Notes under the pieces: generated by a model
What the model was told of the DNA's origin: nothing
Databases searched by the model: none
What the model saw: the letters and a program-made list of their open reading frames with translations, nothing else
Position numbers and translations under genes: made by a program
In this document: positions 9,380-19,556 of the stretch, piece after piece
Position numbering within the stretch: position 1 is the stretch's first letter
Layout of the letters: every line of letters begins with the position of its first letter
Assembly (NCBI GenBank): GCA_965261545.1
Contig: CBDHDF010000011.1
Location: forward strand, 976,235-1,040,234
Source: Bdellovibrionales bacterium
Lineage (GTDB): Bacteria; Bdellovibrionota; Bdellovibrionia; Bdellovibrionales; UBA1609
Direction: 5' to 3'
DNA: 64,000 nucleotides

Positions 9380-12300
9380 ATGATGAAAGAGAAGAATATA
9401 AATGATAAAATAAACCATAAGATAAATCATAAAGTAAAGGACGTCATTCTCTTTGCACTTATGACATTCCTTGTTGGATGTTCAGCCATCAAAGATGACA
9501 AAATCAGCAAAGAAGAGATGATAAATAATCTTTTTGAATCTATTGCCACCAAGGATACAAAGGCGACTCATTCTCTTATAGAAAATAAGGTCGATATTAA
9601 TGCTTATGATTCTGAAGGATACACTCCTTTGATGAGAGTTGTTAAATCTTACGATTCAAATTTAGCTGAAAAACTCATTCATTCTGGGGCTAAGATATAC
9701 CAGCCTCATAAAAAATATGAGCATCTAACAGCTCTTTCTATGATTAGTGATGGTGAAAGAGAAATGAAAAGAATTTTCACTAATGAAGTGAAGCGATATG
9801 GTACGCTTGTCGAAGAGCTTATCGTGGCTGGGAAATATGATAAAGCGGTAAAGTTAAGTGAATCTCACCATCTTCCTGTAGATCTTATGATGCCTGACCA
9901 TCAAGGCACATCAATTCAACTTATGTCCAAAGTCTATACGACCCAAGGAAAAGGCAAGGAGGATGTTGGGGCTATTGAATATGTGAGATATATTTTGAAG
10001 AATGTAAGATTTAAACCAAATTACCTTGTTGAGAATGAAAATAGTTTCAGAATTATAAGACGAGCCATCGGTTACGATCCTTTGATGTTAGAAATTAAAG
10101 ATACTTATATGAATACCAAGGGGTCTGTAAAGATGCAGATTGCTGAGGTCGATCAAACAGATATTCATTGGCTCACCCTCAAACTTAGGGTTATGGGGCA
10201 TCAAGGGCAATCCATTCCTTTGGACGATTCACATATAAATATATATACGAGTGTCATAGAGTCCCATGTCTCAAAATATTCTGACCAGTGCAAGACCTTA
10301 GTCCATGCTATCTTGGCAAATTCCAAGGTAAATGAAAATAAAGTGAAATTTATTGGAAAAACTCTCGATATGCTTCTTTCCAATGCAAAAGAAAGCAAGG
10401 CTTCTTTTTATTTAGCGCAAAATGTATTGGAAGCATGGAAATCTGATAATTTGCCTAAGTCAAAAGATATTTTTAGTAAAAAAATATTAGCTCTCTTACA
10501 AGCTGTGGAATCCAGTGTAAATAATTATAAACTTGAGGATGTTACTCATCTAATAAGTCATATTTTTGACTTTACATCTTATGATCGACGCAGAGGGAAT
10601 AAAGAGCATCTTCAATTTCTTGTTTCAAGTGATTTAAAAAGAGATCAAAAAATTGGTATTTTAGAAGCAATAGTTCTATTAGCTGATGACGGGCTGCCTT
10701 GGAATTTTTTTAGTTATGCGATAAAAGAAGGTGGGATGAGTGCTATTGAAATGGTGGCATCTTCCAATATTAATTATGCACCAGGAAGACAAGAGGATTC
10801 TTTAGAAAAGGCACTCTCTCATAGTCGTTCAGGACAGGAAGCGAAGTCCATGCTTACCCTTCTGGATAAAATGGAAGTTGGTTTCTTGAACGATCATGGA
10901 AAAAAGGCTTTAAGAATAGCCTTTGAAAAGCTATGGAGTGGAGATGAAAGCTATAGGGAACCAATAAATTTCTTTTTATCAGATAAATCATCTATTTTTC
11001 CAATAATGAGTGATGAGGAAATCATTTATCTTCTAAAAGGTCAGATTCAATTTATCAAAAAAGAAAAAGGAAAATTTGATATAATAGAAAAATTGCTAAC
11101 CTCTATTGATAGGAAGTTTGACTCAAAATCATATAATTACAATAATACGGTGCACTATAATATCGCTAACCTTGATTTTACTGTCGAGGAAGGTGCTTCA
11201 GCGAGAGTGAGTCTGCTTTGGGATTATATTCTCGTTGCCCATAGTTTATACAAGGATTCTACTCAAAATATATTAAAAATGAAAAATGTTCTCTCACTTT
11301 TATTTTCTAAATTTCCAGATGAAAATTTCTCTATATCCTTATCTTTTAATAGAAAAAATATATATGAAACAATAGAAAAAAGAGAATATAATTCTATATT
11401 TAGCCGCATACTTCCTCTATCATTTATTTTATCTATTGATTCAGGAATAATAAAATCAGCTCTTTCTGTAGAACATTCTAAAGAAAATAAGACTGATGGC
11501 ATCTATATTGATCGAAATTTTCCCAATTTTTCTTGGAACGCTTTCTTATCAGGAGAATTTTACAAATATTACTCAGTTGAAAATAAATTTTGGGAGATTA
11601 TCACTGAAATCATTCTCAATTCGGGGCATAGCTTTGATCTTCCAGATGATCGTTCTTCTATAGACCTCATAAAAGTAGTATTGCAATCAGGTAAAATGTT
11701 GAGATATCCTGATTTATCTAATAGACTTATTAAAGAAAATATCTCCATTCCCGACAATCAAAACCTGTGTTCCATAGATAAAGAGAAAATAGATTCTTCA
11801 AGTATTCCAAAAGTAAAATATGAGAACGCCTCCTCCAATGACCCTCTTACTATAGCCCCTTATTGGTCTCACTTAGGTGTTTTTGAAGCCCTAAGACCTC
11901 TTAAGAAAAAAACTTGCCAAATGCGTAAAATTTCAGAAGAAGAAATCTATTTTCTTAAACAGTTTATTAAAGCCAATGCATCAACCCATATGCTTGAAAA
12001 TAAACCCATCGTATGGAAAGATTTTGATAGAAAAACCAAATATTACACACCCAAAGAAAGTCATTGCACTGACCCAGGTTTCACCTACAATAGGAGTTTA
12101 GTTAATTTAAGTACTTATTATTCTTCAATAGGAGATTTAGTTTCTCCCAGGGAATATAAAGTAGGAGAAGGGGCTTTGTTATATGAGCTTAATTCTCAAG
12201 ACAGACAATGTTATGTCTACTTTCCAAATGAACAGGTTAAGTCAACAGCCATAAGGCAGTTTTTGAGTTCTTGGTATAGCTGTTCTGTACAAAGACATGA

Positions 12301-12409
12301 CGAAAATCTCATCAAAGTTTTCAAAGAACTTGAAGAGCAGCTTCAAATCCAACCTATGAACGAGTCTTCCATTAAAGAAGTTTATACTTGCCAGTGGAAG
12401 AGTTTATGA
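9380..12409 (+). CDS. Large (about 1009 aa) lipoprotein with N-terminal ankyrin repeat(s)
   Basis: Lipobox LVGC/S (FLVGCSAIK). ANK-like DINAYDSEGYTPLMRVVKSYDSNLAEKLIHSGAKIY. I do not recognise the rest. Confidence 0.6.
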   Translation: MMKEKNINDKINHKINHKVKDVILFALMTFLVGCSAIKDDKISKEEMINNLFESIATKDTKATHSLIENKVDINAYDSEGYTPLMRVVKSYDSNLAEKLIHSGAKIYQPHKKYEHLTALSMISDGEREMKRIFTNEVKRYGTLVEELIVAGKYDKAVKLSESHHLPVDLMMPDHQGTSIQLMSKVYTTQGKGKEDVGAIEYVRYILKNVRFKPNYLVENENSFRIIRRAIGYDPLMLEIKDTYMNTKGSVKMQIAEVDQTDIHWLTLKLRVMGHQGQSIPLDDSHINIYTSVIESHVSKYSDQCKTLVHAILANSKVNENKVKFIGKTLDMLLSNAKESKASFYLAQNVLEAWKSDNLPKSKDIFSKKILALLQAVESSVNNYKLEDVTHLISHIFDFTSYDRRRGNKEHLQFLVSSDLKRDQKIGILEAIVLLADDGLPWNFFSYAIKEGGMSAIEMVASSNINYAPGRQEDSLEKALSHSRSGQEAKSMLTLLDKMEVGFLNDHGKKALRIAFEKLWSGDESYREPINFFLSDKSSIFPIMSDEEIIYLLKGQIQFIKKEKGKFDIIEKLLTSIDRKFDSKSYNYNNTVHYNIANLDFTVEEGASARVSLLWDYILVAHSLYKDSTQNILKMKNVLSLLFSKFPDENFSISLSFNRKNIYETIEKREYNSIFSRILPLSFILSIDSGIIKSALSVEHSKENKTDGIYIDRNFPNFSWNAFLSGEFYKYYSVENKFWEIITEIILNSGHSFDLPDDRSSIDLIKVVLQSGKMLRYPDLSNRLIKENISIPDNQNLCSIDKEKIDSSSIPKVKYENASSNDPLTIAPYWSHLGVFEALRPLKKKTCQMRKISEEEIYFLKQFIKANASTHMLENKPIVWKDFDRKTKYYTPKESHCTDPGFTYNRSLVNLSTYYSSIGDLVSPREYKVGEGALLYELNSQDRQCYVYFPNEQVKSTAIRQFLSSWYSCSVQRHDENLIKVFKELEEQLQIQPMNESSIKEVYTCQWKSL

Positions 12410-13776
12410 AAAAGCCTGTGAAGAAGACGGAAAGACCCATTTTTATCGTACTGCCTATTATTGTTTGTTTCATGGGCCTATCTTACATGTTCTTTTTATC
12501 CTTAGGCTACGACAAAGTAAAGGAGGATGTTGATAATTATGTCGTTCAATGGGAGCAGGACATCGCTCATAATATTTTTTCTAAAGAGAATCCAGTTCTT
12601 TTAAAAAAGATATTTGAGGGCTTGAAGGCTTATCCATTATCTAAATTTGAGCTTATCTCTGAGAAGAGACGAGTTCTTTCTTGGAGTGAAGACAAGTTGC
12701 CTGGTGGTGATTGTGACCCAGATCAAAAGATTGAGAGCCTTTTGACCTTCAATGGGCTACATTTAGGTAAGATAAAGTCTTGTATTTCAAAGACAAAGGT
12801 TGCAAAATCGACTTTCTTTTCTCCATCATTTCTTTTCATCATATTAATCACGATATTTTTATTGTTTATTTCAGCCTTTATACCTCTTTACAGATATAAG
12901 AAGTCTCTTAATGCCATTATTGGTATATTAAAAAATTGGCCACCCCATGAGGACTATTCAGACTTCCCAGAAAATAAGGATAAAATCACTCAGGAAGTTG
13001 TTGGGTTGGCTCGTAAAGCTATATCCACAAGACTGAATCTAGAAGACGTACAGTCAGCGTTAAAGACTGAAAAAGAAGTGAATCGCATTATTTATCAAGT
13101 CGCCCATGATATTGTGAGTCCTTCGTCAGAACTCAAAGAAGCTATGAAGGGTGACTTGACACGAAGAGAGGTGAATGAGGTCATTCACTCGTCTATTCAG
13201 AGGATCTGTGAAGTCAGCCAAGATTTATTAAATCCCAATAGTAAAAATAGTTATAGATTGGATCAAGTAAGGTCCACTGATATATCATGTATTACAAAAG
13301 AAATCCTGCGTGATAAGAGGGTTTGTTATAAAGATATTCAGTTTAAATTAAATATTAAAAATGATGTGAGGGCTCTTTGCTCCCCTGCTGTTTTTAAAAG
13401 AATCTTATCAAATCTAATTAATAATAGCATAGAAGCCACCCCAGGATGCCAAGGGTCCATTGAGTGTTCCTTATTTCAAGAGGAGGGAAGTCACTCTTGT
13501 AAAATCATTATCTCTGACAAAGGTCGAGGTATTCCTACAGAGAATATGGATAAGGTGTTTGACGAATATTTTACCAGTGGGAAAAAGTCTGGCAATGGCT
13601 TGGGGCTTTATTATACAAATAAGAAGGTGAAAGAATGGGGTGGAGATATAAAGCTGCACTCACGGGTTGGAGAAGGCACGACAATGACGATAACTCTTCA
13701 ATCTCGTTTTCTTAAGAATAAGAATCTAAGCAAAATGATTCCAGAGAATCAAGCAAGGACAAGGAGGGCATTGTGA
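12406..13776 (+). CDS. Membrane sensor histidine kinase
   Basis: The start is probably the ATG at 12406 (ATGA overlap with the upstream stop), not the TTG at 12388. Two TM segments, H-box VAHDIVSPS, N-box NLINNSIEAT, G1 DKGRGIP, G2 GNGLGLYY. Confidence 0.85.
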   Translation: MKKPVKKTERPIFIVLPIIVCFMGLSYMFFLSLGYDKVKEDVDNYVVQWEQDIAHNIFSKENPVLLKKIFEGLKAYPLSKFELISEKRRVLSWSEDKLPGGDCDPDQKIESLLTFNGLHLGKIKSCISKTKVAKSTFFSPSFLFIILITIFLLFISAFIPLYRYKKSLNAIIGILKNWPPHEDYSDFPENKDKITQEVVGLARKAISTRLNLEDVQSALKTEKEVNRIIYQVAHDIVSPSSELKEAMKGDLTRREVNEVIHSSIQRICEVSQDLLNPNSKNSYRLDQVRSTDISCITKEILRDKRVCYKDIQFKLNIKNDVRALCSPAVFKRILSNLINNSIEATPGCQGSIECSLFQEEGSHSCKIIISDKGRGIPTENMDKVFDEYFTSGKKSGNGLGLYYTNKKVKEWGGDIKLHSRVGEGTTMTITLQSRFLKNKNLSKMIPENQARTRRAL

Positions 13777-14312
13777 GCTACATTTCATTAAGAAATCAAT
13801 TATTAGTGGTCATATTGTCGATGGCTTTAGCCTCTTGTGCCACAAACTCGCAGTCAAGGTGGGCGACAATAGGGATTGCGGCCCCCATTGGGGCCGGAGT
13901 TGGAGCCTTATCGGCCCCCCGTAAAGAAAAACCAGAGTTTCATGCCTTAACCTGGGGTGCTCTCTTTGCAGCGGGAGCTGCTATTTTTGGAAACTATTAT
14001 TATAATGATGATAAGGAAATTGAACGCTTGAGATCGGAACTGGACCTTCTTAAGAACCCCCAACTGGAAATCCTTACTCAGGGAGAAGGATATTTCAAAG
14101 ACCCAATCACGGGAAATAAATCAGAAAATCTTGTAAAATGGAAGATTTATAAAATCGACAAATGGGTGTCTGATGGTAAAAATACCAAATATCACCAAGA
14201 TTTAATGGCTACAACAGAGAAAGTAGAGGCAAAAAAGGAGGGGTATAAAATACCTTTAAAAAATCCTCCCATAAAAAATAATAAAAATGAAAAGGGTGAG
14301 GAAAATGACTAA
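13773..14312 (+). CDS. Small lipoprotein
   Basis: The GTG start overlaps the kinase stop (GTGA). Lipobox LSMALASC/AT. A Gly/Ala-rich hydrophobic stretch is present. Confidence 0.5.
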   Translation: MSYISLRNQLLVVILSMALASCATNSQSRWATIGIAAPIGAGVGALSAPRKEKPEFHALTWGALFAAGAAIFGNYYYNDDKEIERLRSELDLLKNPQLEILTQGEGYFKDPITGNKSENLVKWKIYKIDKWVSDGKNTKYHQDLMATTEKVEAKKEGYKIPLKNPPIKNNKNEKGEEND

Positions 14313-15336
14313 GCGCATATTATATGGCACCGTTTTGTTGATCTTACTTCTATGGGCCTCCATAGCAACTTATTTTTTATCAGAGGAAGTTAATATTATT
14401 GAATTGGTAAAGGGAAAGTTAAGCTCTCACAAGATAACGTCTTCTGATATAGAAGAAGATTATGCATTTATCAGGTATTTTCTGAGAAAATACTACAAGA
14501 TAAATGGAAAAGAGTCAACGGACCATCTAGAAAGTAAATATTTTCTCATGAAAGAACTACTGGAGGTGTCTGGAAACAAGGTTCTAAATAAATATAAAAA
14601 GAACTTGGAATATTTTTCGACAAATAACGAAACTCAAGACTTCGTTCTCCATAAGGTGCTTCGAGATAAACAAACGGGTGTATATACCTCTTTTTTATCT
14701 ATAAATCAGAGCCAATCTAAGCGAAAGTTTCTTGTTCAAGTCAATTTGAAGGTTTCTAGAAGCACGAAGAGTTCTATGCTAGGAGATCGTATGCCAGGAG
14801 ACAGTCATCTGAAAAATCGTCGAATTTTACATTGGGATGAGGTGTTATTAAGCACGCCTCCTAGCGGACTGTTGAAAAATGAGGTCTACGTCGGGGCAGA
14901 TACCCTCTCTCGCCTTCAAATGCCTTGTACTGTTAAGTTCATATCTTCTCCTTCATCTTCACCACCACCACCTTCTTCGCCTACCCCGGAGGGGCCTACA
15001 AAACACTCTAAAAAGAAGAAGAACCATTCCGTGGAGGATGGCAATATGGATGGTGGAAATATAGAAATGACTCGTAATGCATCTTCCCGGATTGTTAAAT
15101 TTCACTCCAAAGGCAAGGTCCCCAAGCCCTCTCAATTTAACGTGAATTGCCAAGGCCGGTCTTTTCAGGTCAGTTTGATTCATAGTGAGGAGTGGTTGAC
15201 CGTCTATCAGTCTATCGACCCCTCCAGTGGAATCAAAAAGAAGAAAAGAAAGAAAAAGAAAAGGTTGAGTGCAAGAGCAAAAATCAAAAAAGATATTGAA
15301 AATCTATTTGGGATTGAGGTTACCAAAATGAAGTGA
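14305..15336 (+). CDS. N-terminally membrane-anchored protein with Pro-rich and Lys-rich tracts (hypothetical)
   Basis: ATG at 14305 preceded by ggtgagga. The ORF-track start at 14287 is also possible. TM helix ILYGTVLLILLLWASIATYFL, then SSPSSSPPPPSSPTPEGP and a KKKKRKKKKR tail. Confidence 0.45.
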   Translation: MTKRILYGTVLLILLLWASIATYFLSEEVNIIELVKGKLSSHKITSSDIEEDYAFIRYFLRKYYKINGKESTDHLESKYFLMKELLEVSGNKVLNKYKKNLEYFSTNNETQDFVLHKVLRDKQTGVYTSFLSINQSQSKRKFLVQVNLKVSRSTKSSMLGDRMPGDSHLKNRRILHWDEVLLSTPPSGLLKNEVYVGADTLSRLQMPCTVKFISSPSSSPPPPSSPTPEGPTKHSKKKKNHSVEDGNMDGGNIEMTRNASSRIVKFHSKGKVPKPSQFNVNCQGRSFQVSLIHSEEWLTVYQSIDPSSGIKKKKRKKKKRLSARAKIKKDIENLFGIEVTKMK

Positions 15337-15638
15337 TAAATGTAGGGGCAGTCATTGGGATTGCCCCAATTTGGTGGGTACTTTTGGAAGGTAAGACTGT
15401 GCCCTCCCATAAATGACTGGTTTTCGCCCTTCCATCGGGGCCAAGAATCATATATATATATTATTTATAACGTAACATATTAGATTGAGTGTGTTAAAAA
15501 TTGGTGAGTTCTAACTGAGTGAAAAGAAATTCAATGAGAGGCACTTTTGAAAAATCTACTTTTACCGCAATCATATTTTCACCTAATCAAGCTGTTTTGA
15601 CGCCGTGAGATAAATTGTGCAACTTAATAGGAGCTACC

Positions 15639-16592
15639 ATGAATCAAACCCAACAAGCTAAAAAAGTTTGGAAAGATATTCCTAACGATATGAGATTAAA
15701 AATTTTAAACAACGTTTGGTGTACTCACTGCTCTAAAGTAATTAGTGTGGGAAACACTACAATGCATATTGCCAGTAGCCATCTCATCATTCGTGGTCAC
15801 TGCACACTGTGTGGCAATCATGTAGCTAGGCTTGTGGAAGAAGTCGGGGCAAATGCAAACTCTACTTCAAAAAGGACAAGTCAATCCACTAACAAAACTA
15901 AAAATGTCAATCCAGATATTTCAAAATTGGTTCAATTTCGTTCTGGAACCAAAGCAGCAATGATGGTTGAAAGTGTAAAGAGTCTAAGAATAAAATCATC
16001 TGATGAGTGGGACTTTAAAGAGACTTTCCCTGATACAGATGTCACCCTTTCCCCACCCTACGATAGTATTTTTAAAACGGGACCAAGACCTTCATGGGAA
16101 ATGCAAAATATTCTACCAGGCTACGACCCAGAGGACTTTGATTGTCCAATAAGTATTGGAATTGACATTCTAGATTCCGGTGATTGGCATGGAGCTATAA
16201 GGCACATGAAAAAACTCTTAAAGCAAGATAATCGGTGTTTAGATGCCTATGCCCACCTTGGAAATTGGTATTTGAAATCTAAAGAGTTGACGGATCTAAA
16301 TACGGCAAAAAATTATTATAAAACTGGAAGTGCCATTGGCTTGAAGTCTATTGGTAAAAAAAGAGCAAACGATGTTTTTCCATGGGGCTTGATAGATAAT
16401 CGTCCGTTTTTTCGCTGTCTTCACGGTTTAGGACTTTGTTTCTACAGACAAGAAAAGCCAATAGAAGCCTTCACTATTTTCTCAAAAATGATCTGGATGA
16501 ACCCCGGAGATAATCAAGGAGTTAGGTTCTTGGTTCATGACCTAGTAAATGGATTGACATATAAAGAGTCTGTAAAAAAGGAAGAAGTTTGA
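15639..16592 (+). CDS. Zn-ribbon (CxxC...CxxC) plus TPR-like C-terminal domain protein (hypothetical)
   Basis: ATG at 15639 follows the aggag RBS. WCTHCSKV...HCTLCGNH forms the Zn ribbon. The C-terminal helical repeats look TPR-like (AYAHLGNWYLKS, GLGLCFYRQEKPIEAFTIFSKMIWMNP). Confidence 0.5.
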   Translation: MNQTQQAKKVWKDIPNDMRLKILNNVWCTHCSKVISVGNTTMHIASSHLIIRGHCTLCGNHVARLVEEVGANANSTSKRTSQSTNKTKNVNPDISKLVQFRSGTKAAMMVESVKSLRIKSSDEWDFKETFPDTDVTLSPPYDSIFKTGPRPSWEMQNILPGYDPEDFDCPISIGIDILDSGDWHGAIRHMKKLLKQDNRCLDAYAHLGNWYLKSKELTDLNTAKNYYKTGSAIGLKSIGKKRANDVFPWGLIDNRPFFRCLHGLGLCFYRQEKPIEAFTIFSKMIWMNPGDNQGVRFLVHDLVNGLTYKESVKKEEV

Positions 16593-16718
16593 AGAATCAC
16601 TTTTTCAAAAGGAAATCTGATTTTTCTTTCAGATTGGTCAGATTTTACTACAAACCTAAAAATATTTACTGATTTTAGTGCAATCTCTTTCCATCCAGTC
16701 AGAACTCACAATTTTCCT

Positions 16719-17420
16719 TCATTCATTTTTTGGGCTAAATTCAATAGGGAAAAACATTTGGACCTTGGTCCCGTAATTCTCATAACTTTCCAAAGATACC
16801 TGCCCTCCATGTAGTTCAATAAAATATTTGACAAAATAGAGTCCGAGTCCAGTGCCTTTGGTTGAGTTGATGTATTGGGGGGACCTATAGTATTTTTGAA
16901 AGACCTTTTTGCAATCAGCTTCATTGATACCAGAACCTTCATCAATGATATCGACTAAAATTTGATTGTCTTCTTCGTAAGTTCTGATAAAGATACACCC
17001 CCCTATATTGGAGTATTTGATGGCATTTTCAATAACATTGAAAAAAATTTCTTGTATAATGGCCGTATCTAGCTCAACCAAGAAGAGAGGTTCCAATGTT
17101 TTTTCAATAGTAATGCTTTTCTTTTTAACAAGGATATCGAATTTTTGAATAACATCCTCAATGGTTTCATTTATATCTGTAGGTTCTTTGTTTATATGAA
17201 AAGTTCCTGAATCAACTTGAATAGCTTTTAGAATGTTGTTGATGAAACGACTGAGATCACAGCTTGTTACATGTATATTTCTTATGTCTTGAATGTGATG
17301 ACTTGAGATATTTTCTAATTCTAAGCGGCTACAGATAGACTGAATTTTCACAATAGATGATTTTAAATCGTGGGTCATAAGGTCTATAAAATTAATTTTT
17401 AGGTCTTCATTTTGTGTCAT
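16719..17420 (-). CDS. Soluble histidine-kinase core (HisKA + HATPase_c, no sensor domain)
   Basis: H-box LMTHDLKSS, N-box FFNVIENAIKYS, G-boxes DEGSGI and GTGLGLYFVKYFIELHGG. The likely start is the ATG at 17420 (MTQNEDL). Confidence 0.8.
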   Translation of the reverse strand: MTQNEDLKINFIDLMTHDLKSSIVKIQSICSRLELENISSHHIQDIRNIHVTSCDLSRFINNILKAIQVDSGTFHINKEPTDINETIEDVIQKFDILVKKKSITIEKTLEPLFLVELDTAIIQEIFFNVIENAIKYSNIGGCIFIRTYEEDNQILVDIIDEGSGINEADCKKVFQKYYRSPQYINSTKGTGLGLYFVKYFIELHGGQVSLESYENYGTKVQMFFPIEFSPKNE

Positions 17421-17586
17421 GATGAAATTCCAATGGTTAGTGAACAAGAAAATAACTGGGAAAATGGTTTGAAATCTGAATTAATCTTCAGGTCTAAGCC
17501 TATCATAGGGTAACATTCACCTTGTATTTTTGGGGGATTCAAGTTATTTAGCCCCTATGTGAGTCAAAAATTTAAATCGTAAATCC

Positions 17587-17970
17587 TTAATTTTCTTTTC
17601 TGACATTTTCTGATTTCATTTTGCTTTTTGTTTTTTTGCTTAGGAGTTTAAACTTAATGGCAAATTCATCTGCTATAGCAACCTCTATTCTCCCTTTAAT
17701 AGAAGAGTAAAGAGGTAATTTGTGTTCCTTGATTGATCCTTTAGCTCGAAGAGCATTTTCTGAAGTGGGTAACTGAACAACAACGGTATTGAAGCGATGC
17801 TTGGGGAAATATAATCTTGGGGCTTTTATAAGCTTATTAAATTCAATCTCTATGTATTCAGGTATGAGGCTTCCAATGGTGTTATTTTTCTTAGACTTTC
17901 CCCGTATAACGCTCAGGGCTTGAGTAAACCATACGAGGTATTCTTCTTGATCCTTGAAAATGTTTTCCAC
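17587..17970 (-). CDS. Hypothetical protein, probably 5'-truncated by the IS4 insertion at 17979
   Basis: The ORF begins (GTG) 9 bp from the IS4 terminus. I see no recognisable motif. Confidence 0.3.
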   Translation of the reverse strand: MENIFKDQEEYLVWFTQALSVIRGKSKKNNTIGSLIPEYIEIEFNKLIKAPRLYFPKHRFNTVVVQLPTSENALRAKGSIKEHKLPLYSSIKGRIEVAIADEFAIKFKLLSKKTKSKMKSENVRKEN

Positions 17971-19556
17971 ACCTAGAGCAATGCCGTTTCCTTAAGAAAA
18001 ATCTCTTGAAATTATGTAACTATTCAGGGGGTGCCGCATTAATTCGAACAATTTTTTTAAAAAAAAGTATAAAAATTCTTGACAAGTTTTTGAAGCAAAC
18101 GACCTCTTTCATTTGTTCTTTATCGAATATGTTCCTGCATATGGCTTAAACTCTCTGAGAGCCATAGTATTGAAAGATTGTGAAACATAGGTCGCGGGGG
18201 GCACTTCTCATTCCTTTTGCTTCTTAGAACGAATCCTAGTGCATTTTTTTTAATGAAAAAAAGGCATGTTAATATTTTCATAAGGTAAGTATGAAAATAG
18301 AAAATATTGACGTGTCTTCAGCCATAAATAAAATCAGGAAGCTTCTTAAGAAAGAGAAGTCCCTTTCTCCCGCTTTTATTGTGGCCATTGAGTTGTTGAT
18401 CAAAATCATCACTATTCTAGTAAATCAAAAAAAATTAAATAGTCAAAACAGTAGTATTGCCCCTTCTCAAGATCCGAATGGCCCTAAAAAGAAACCTAAG
18501 GAAGAAACTGGTAAGAAGCCAGGAGGACAACCCGGACACGAAGGAGCTACTTTAAAACCCGTGGATACTCCAGACAAGGTGGAGTTCATTTCTATTAATA
18601 AAGAGGAACTTCCTCCAGGTGATTACATTTCTTCTGGAGTTGAAAAGCGTCAAGTATTTGAGGTAGACCTTTCTGTGCATGTCACGGAGTATCAAGGAGA
18701 AATCCTCGAAGACCAAGATGGGAATCAGTGGGTTGCAGGTTTTCCAGAAGGAATCAATAACCCAACTCAATATGGCCCTTCTGTGAAAGCTCACTCAGTT
18801 TATATGTCCCAGTTTCAGTTAATCCCTCATCTTCGAGTCGCAAGTTACTTTAATCAATGGGGTCTATCGCTTGCTGGATCTACGGTACACAATTTTAACA
18901 AATCTGCCTTTGAGGCTCTGGAAGCTTTTGAGGAGTGGGCAAAGGAAACTCTTCTGAACTCACCTTTGATTCATGCTGACGAAACTGGAGTGAATGTTAA
19001 TGGGAAGAGGCTGTGGTTTCACCTCTTGTCCAATGATACTGTGGTTCTCTATCAGGTGGACGAAAAAAGAGGCGCAGAGGCTATGGATCGCATGGGAATT
19101 CTTCCAAAATACACAGGGATTGTTTGTCATGACCATTGGAAACCTTATTATACATATACTTCCTGCATTCATGCCCTTTGCAATGCGCACCATTTAAGGG
19201 AGCTTCAAAGAGCTTGGGAGCAAGATGATCAAAAATGGGCAAAAGAAATGAAGTCTCTTTTAGAGACAATAAACAAAGAGGTGCACGATACGCAGAACCA
19301 ATGCCTTTCACAAGACCGAATTGAATATTACAAAGAGAAATATCGAAATATTCTCTTCGAAGGGGAAAAGGAATCTCCATTAATGGAGAGGACAGAGAAA
19401 AAAAAGAAGGGAAAGGTTAAACAATCCAAATCTAGAAATTTACTAGATCGACTGAGAAACTTTGAAGATGATACCTTGCTATTTATGAAGGACCCCATAG
19501 TTCCATTTACGAATAATATAGCAGAAAATGATCTGAGAATGACCAAAGTTCAGCAG

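Noticed and set aside
14305-14800. VirB8/TraE-like reading of the membrane-anchored protein (TM helix plus possible NTF2-like region)
   Set aside because: The resemblance is only a vague pattern with no diagnostic motif. The gene sits in a two-component operon rather than a T4SS cluster.
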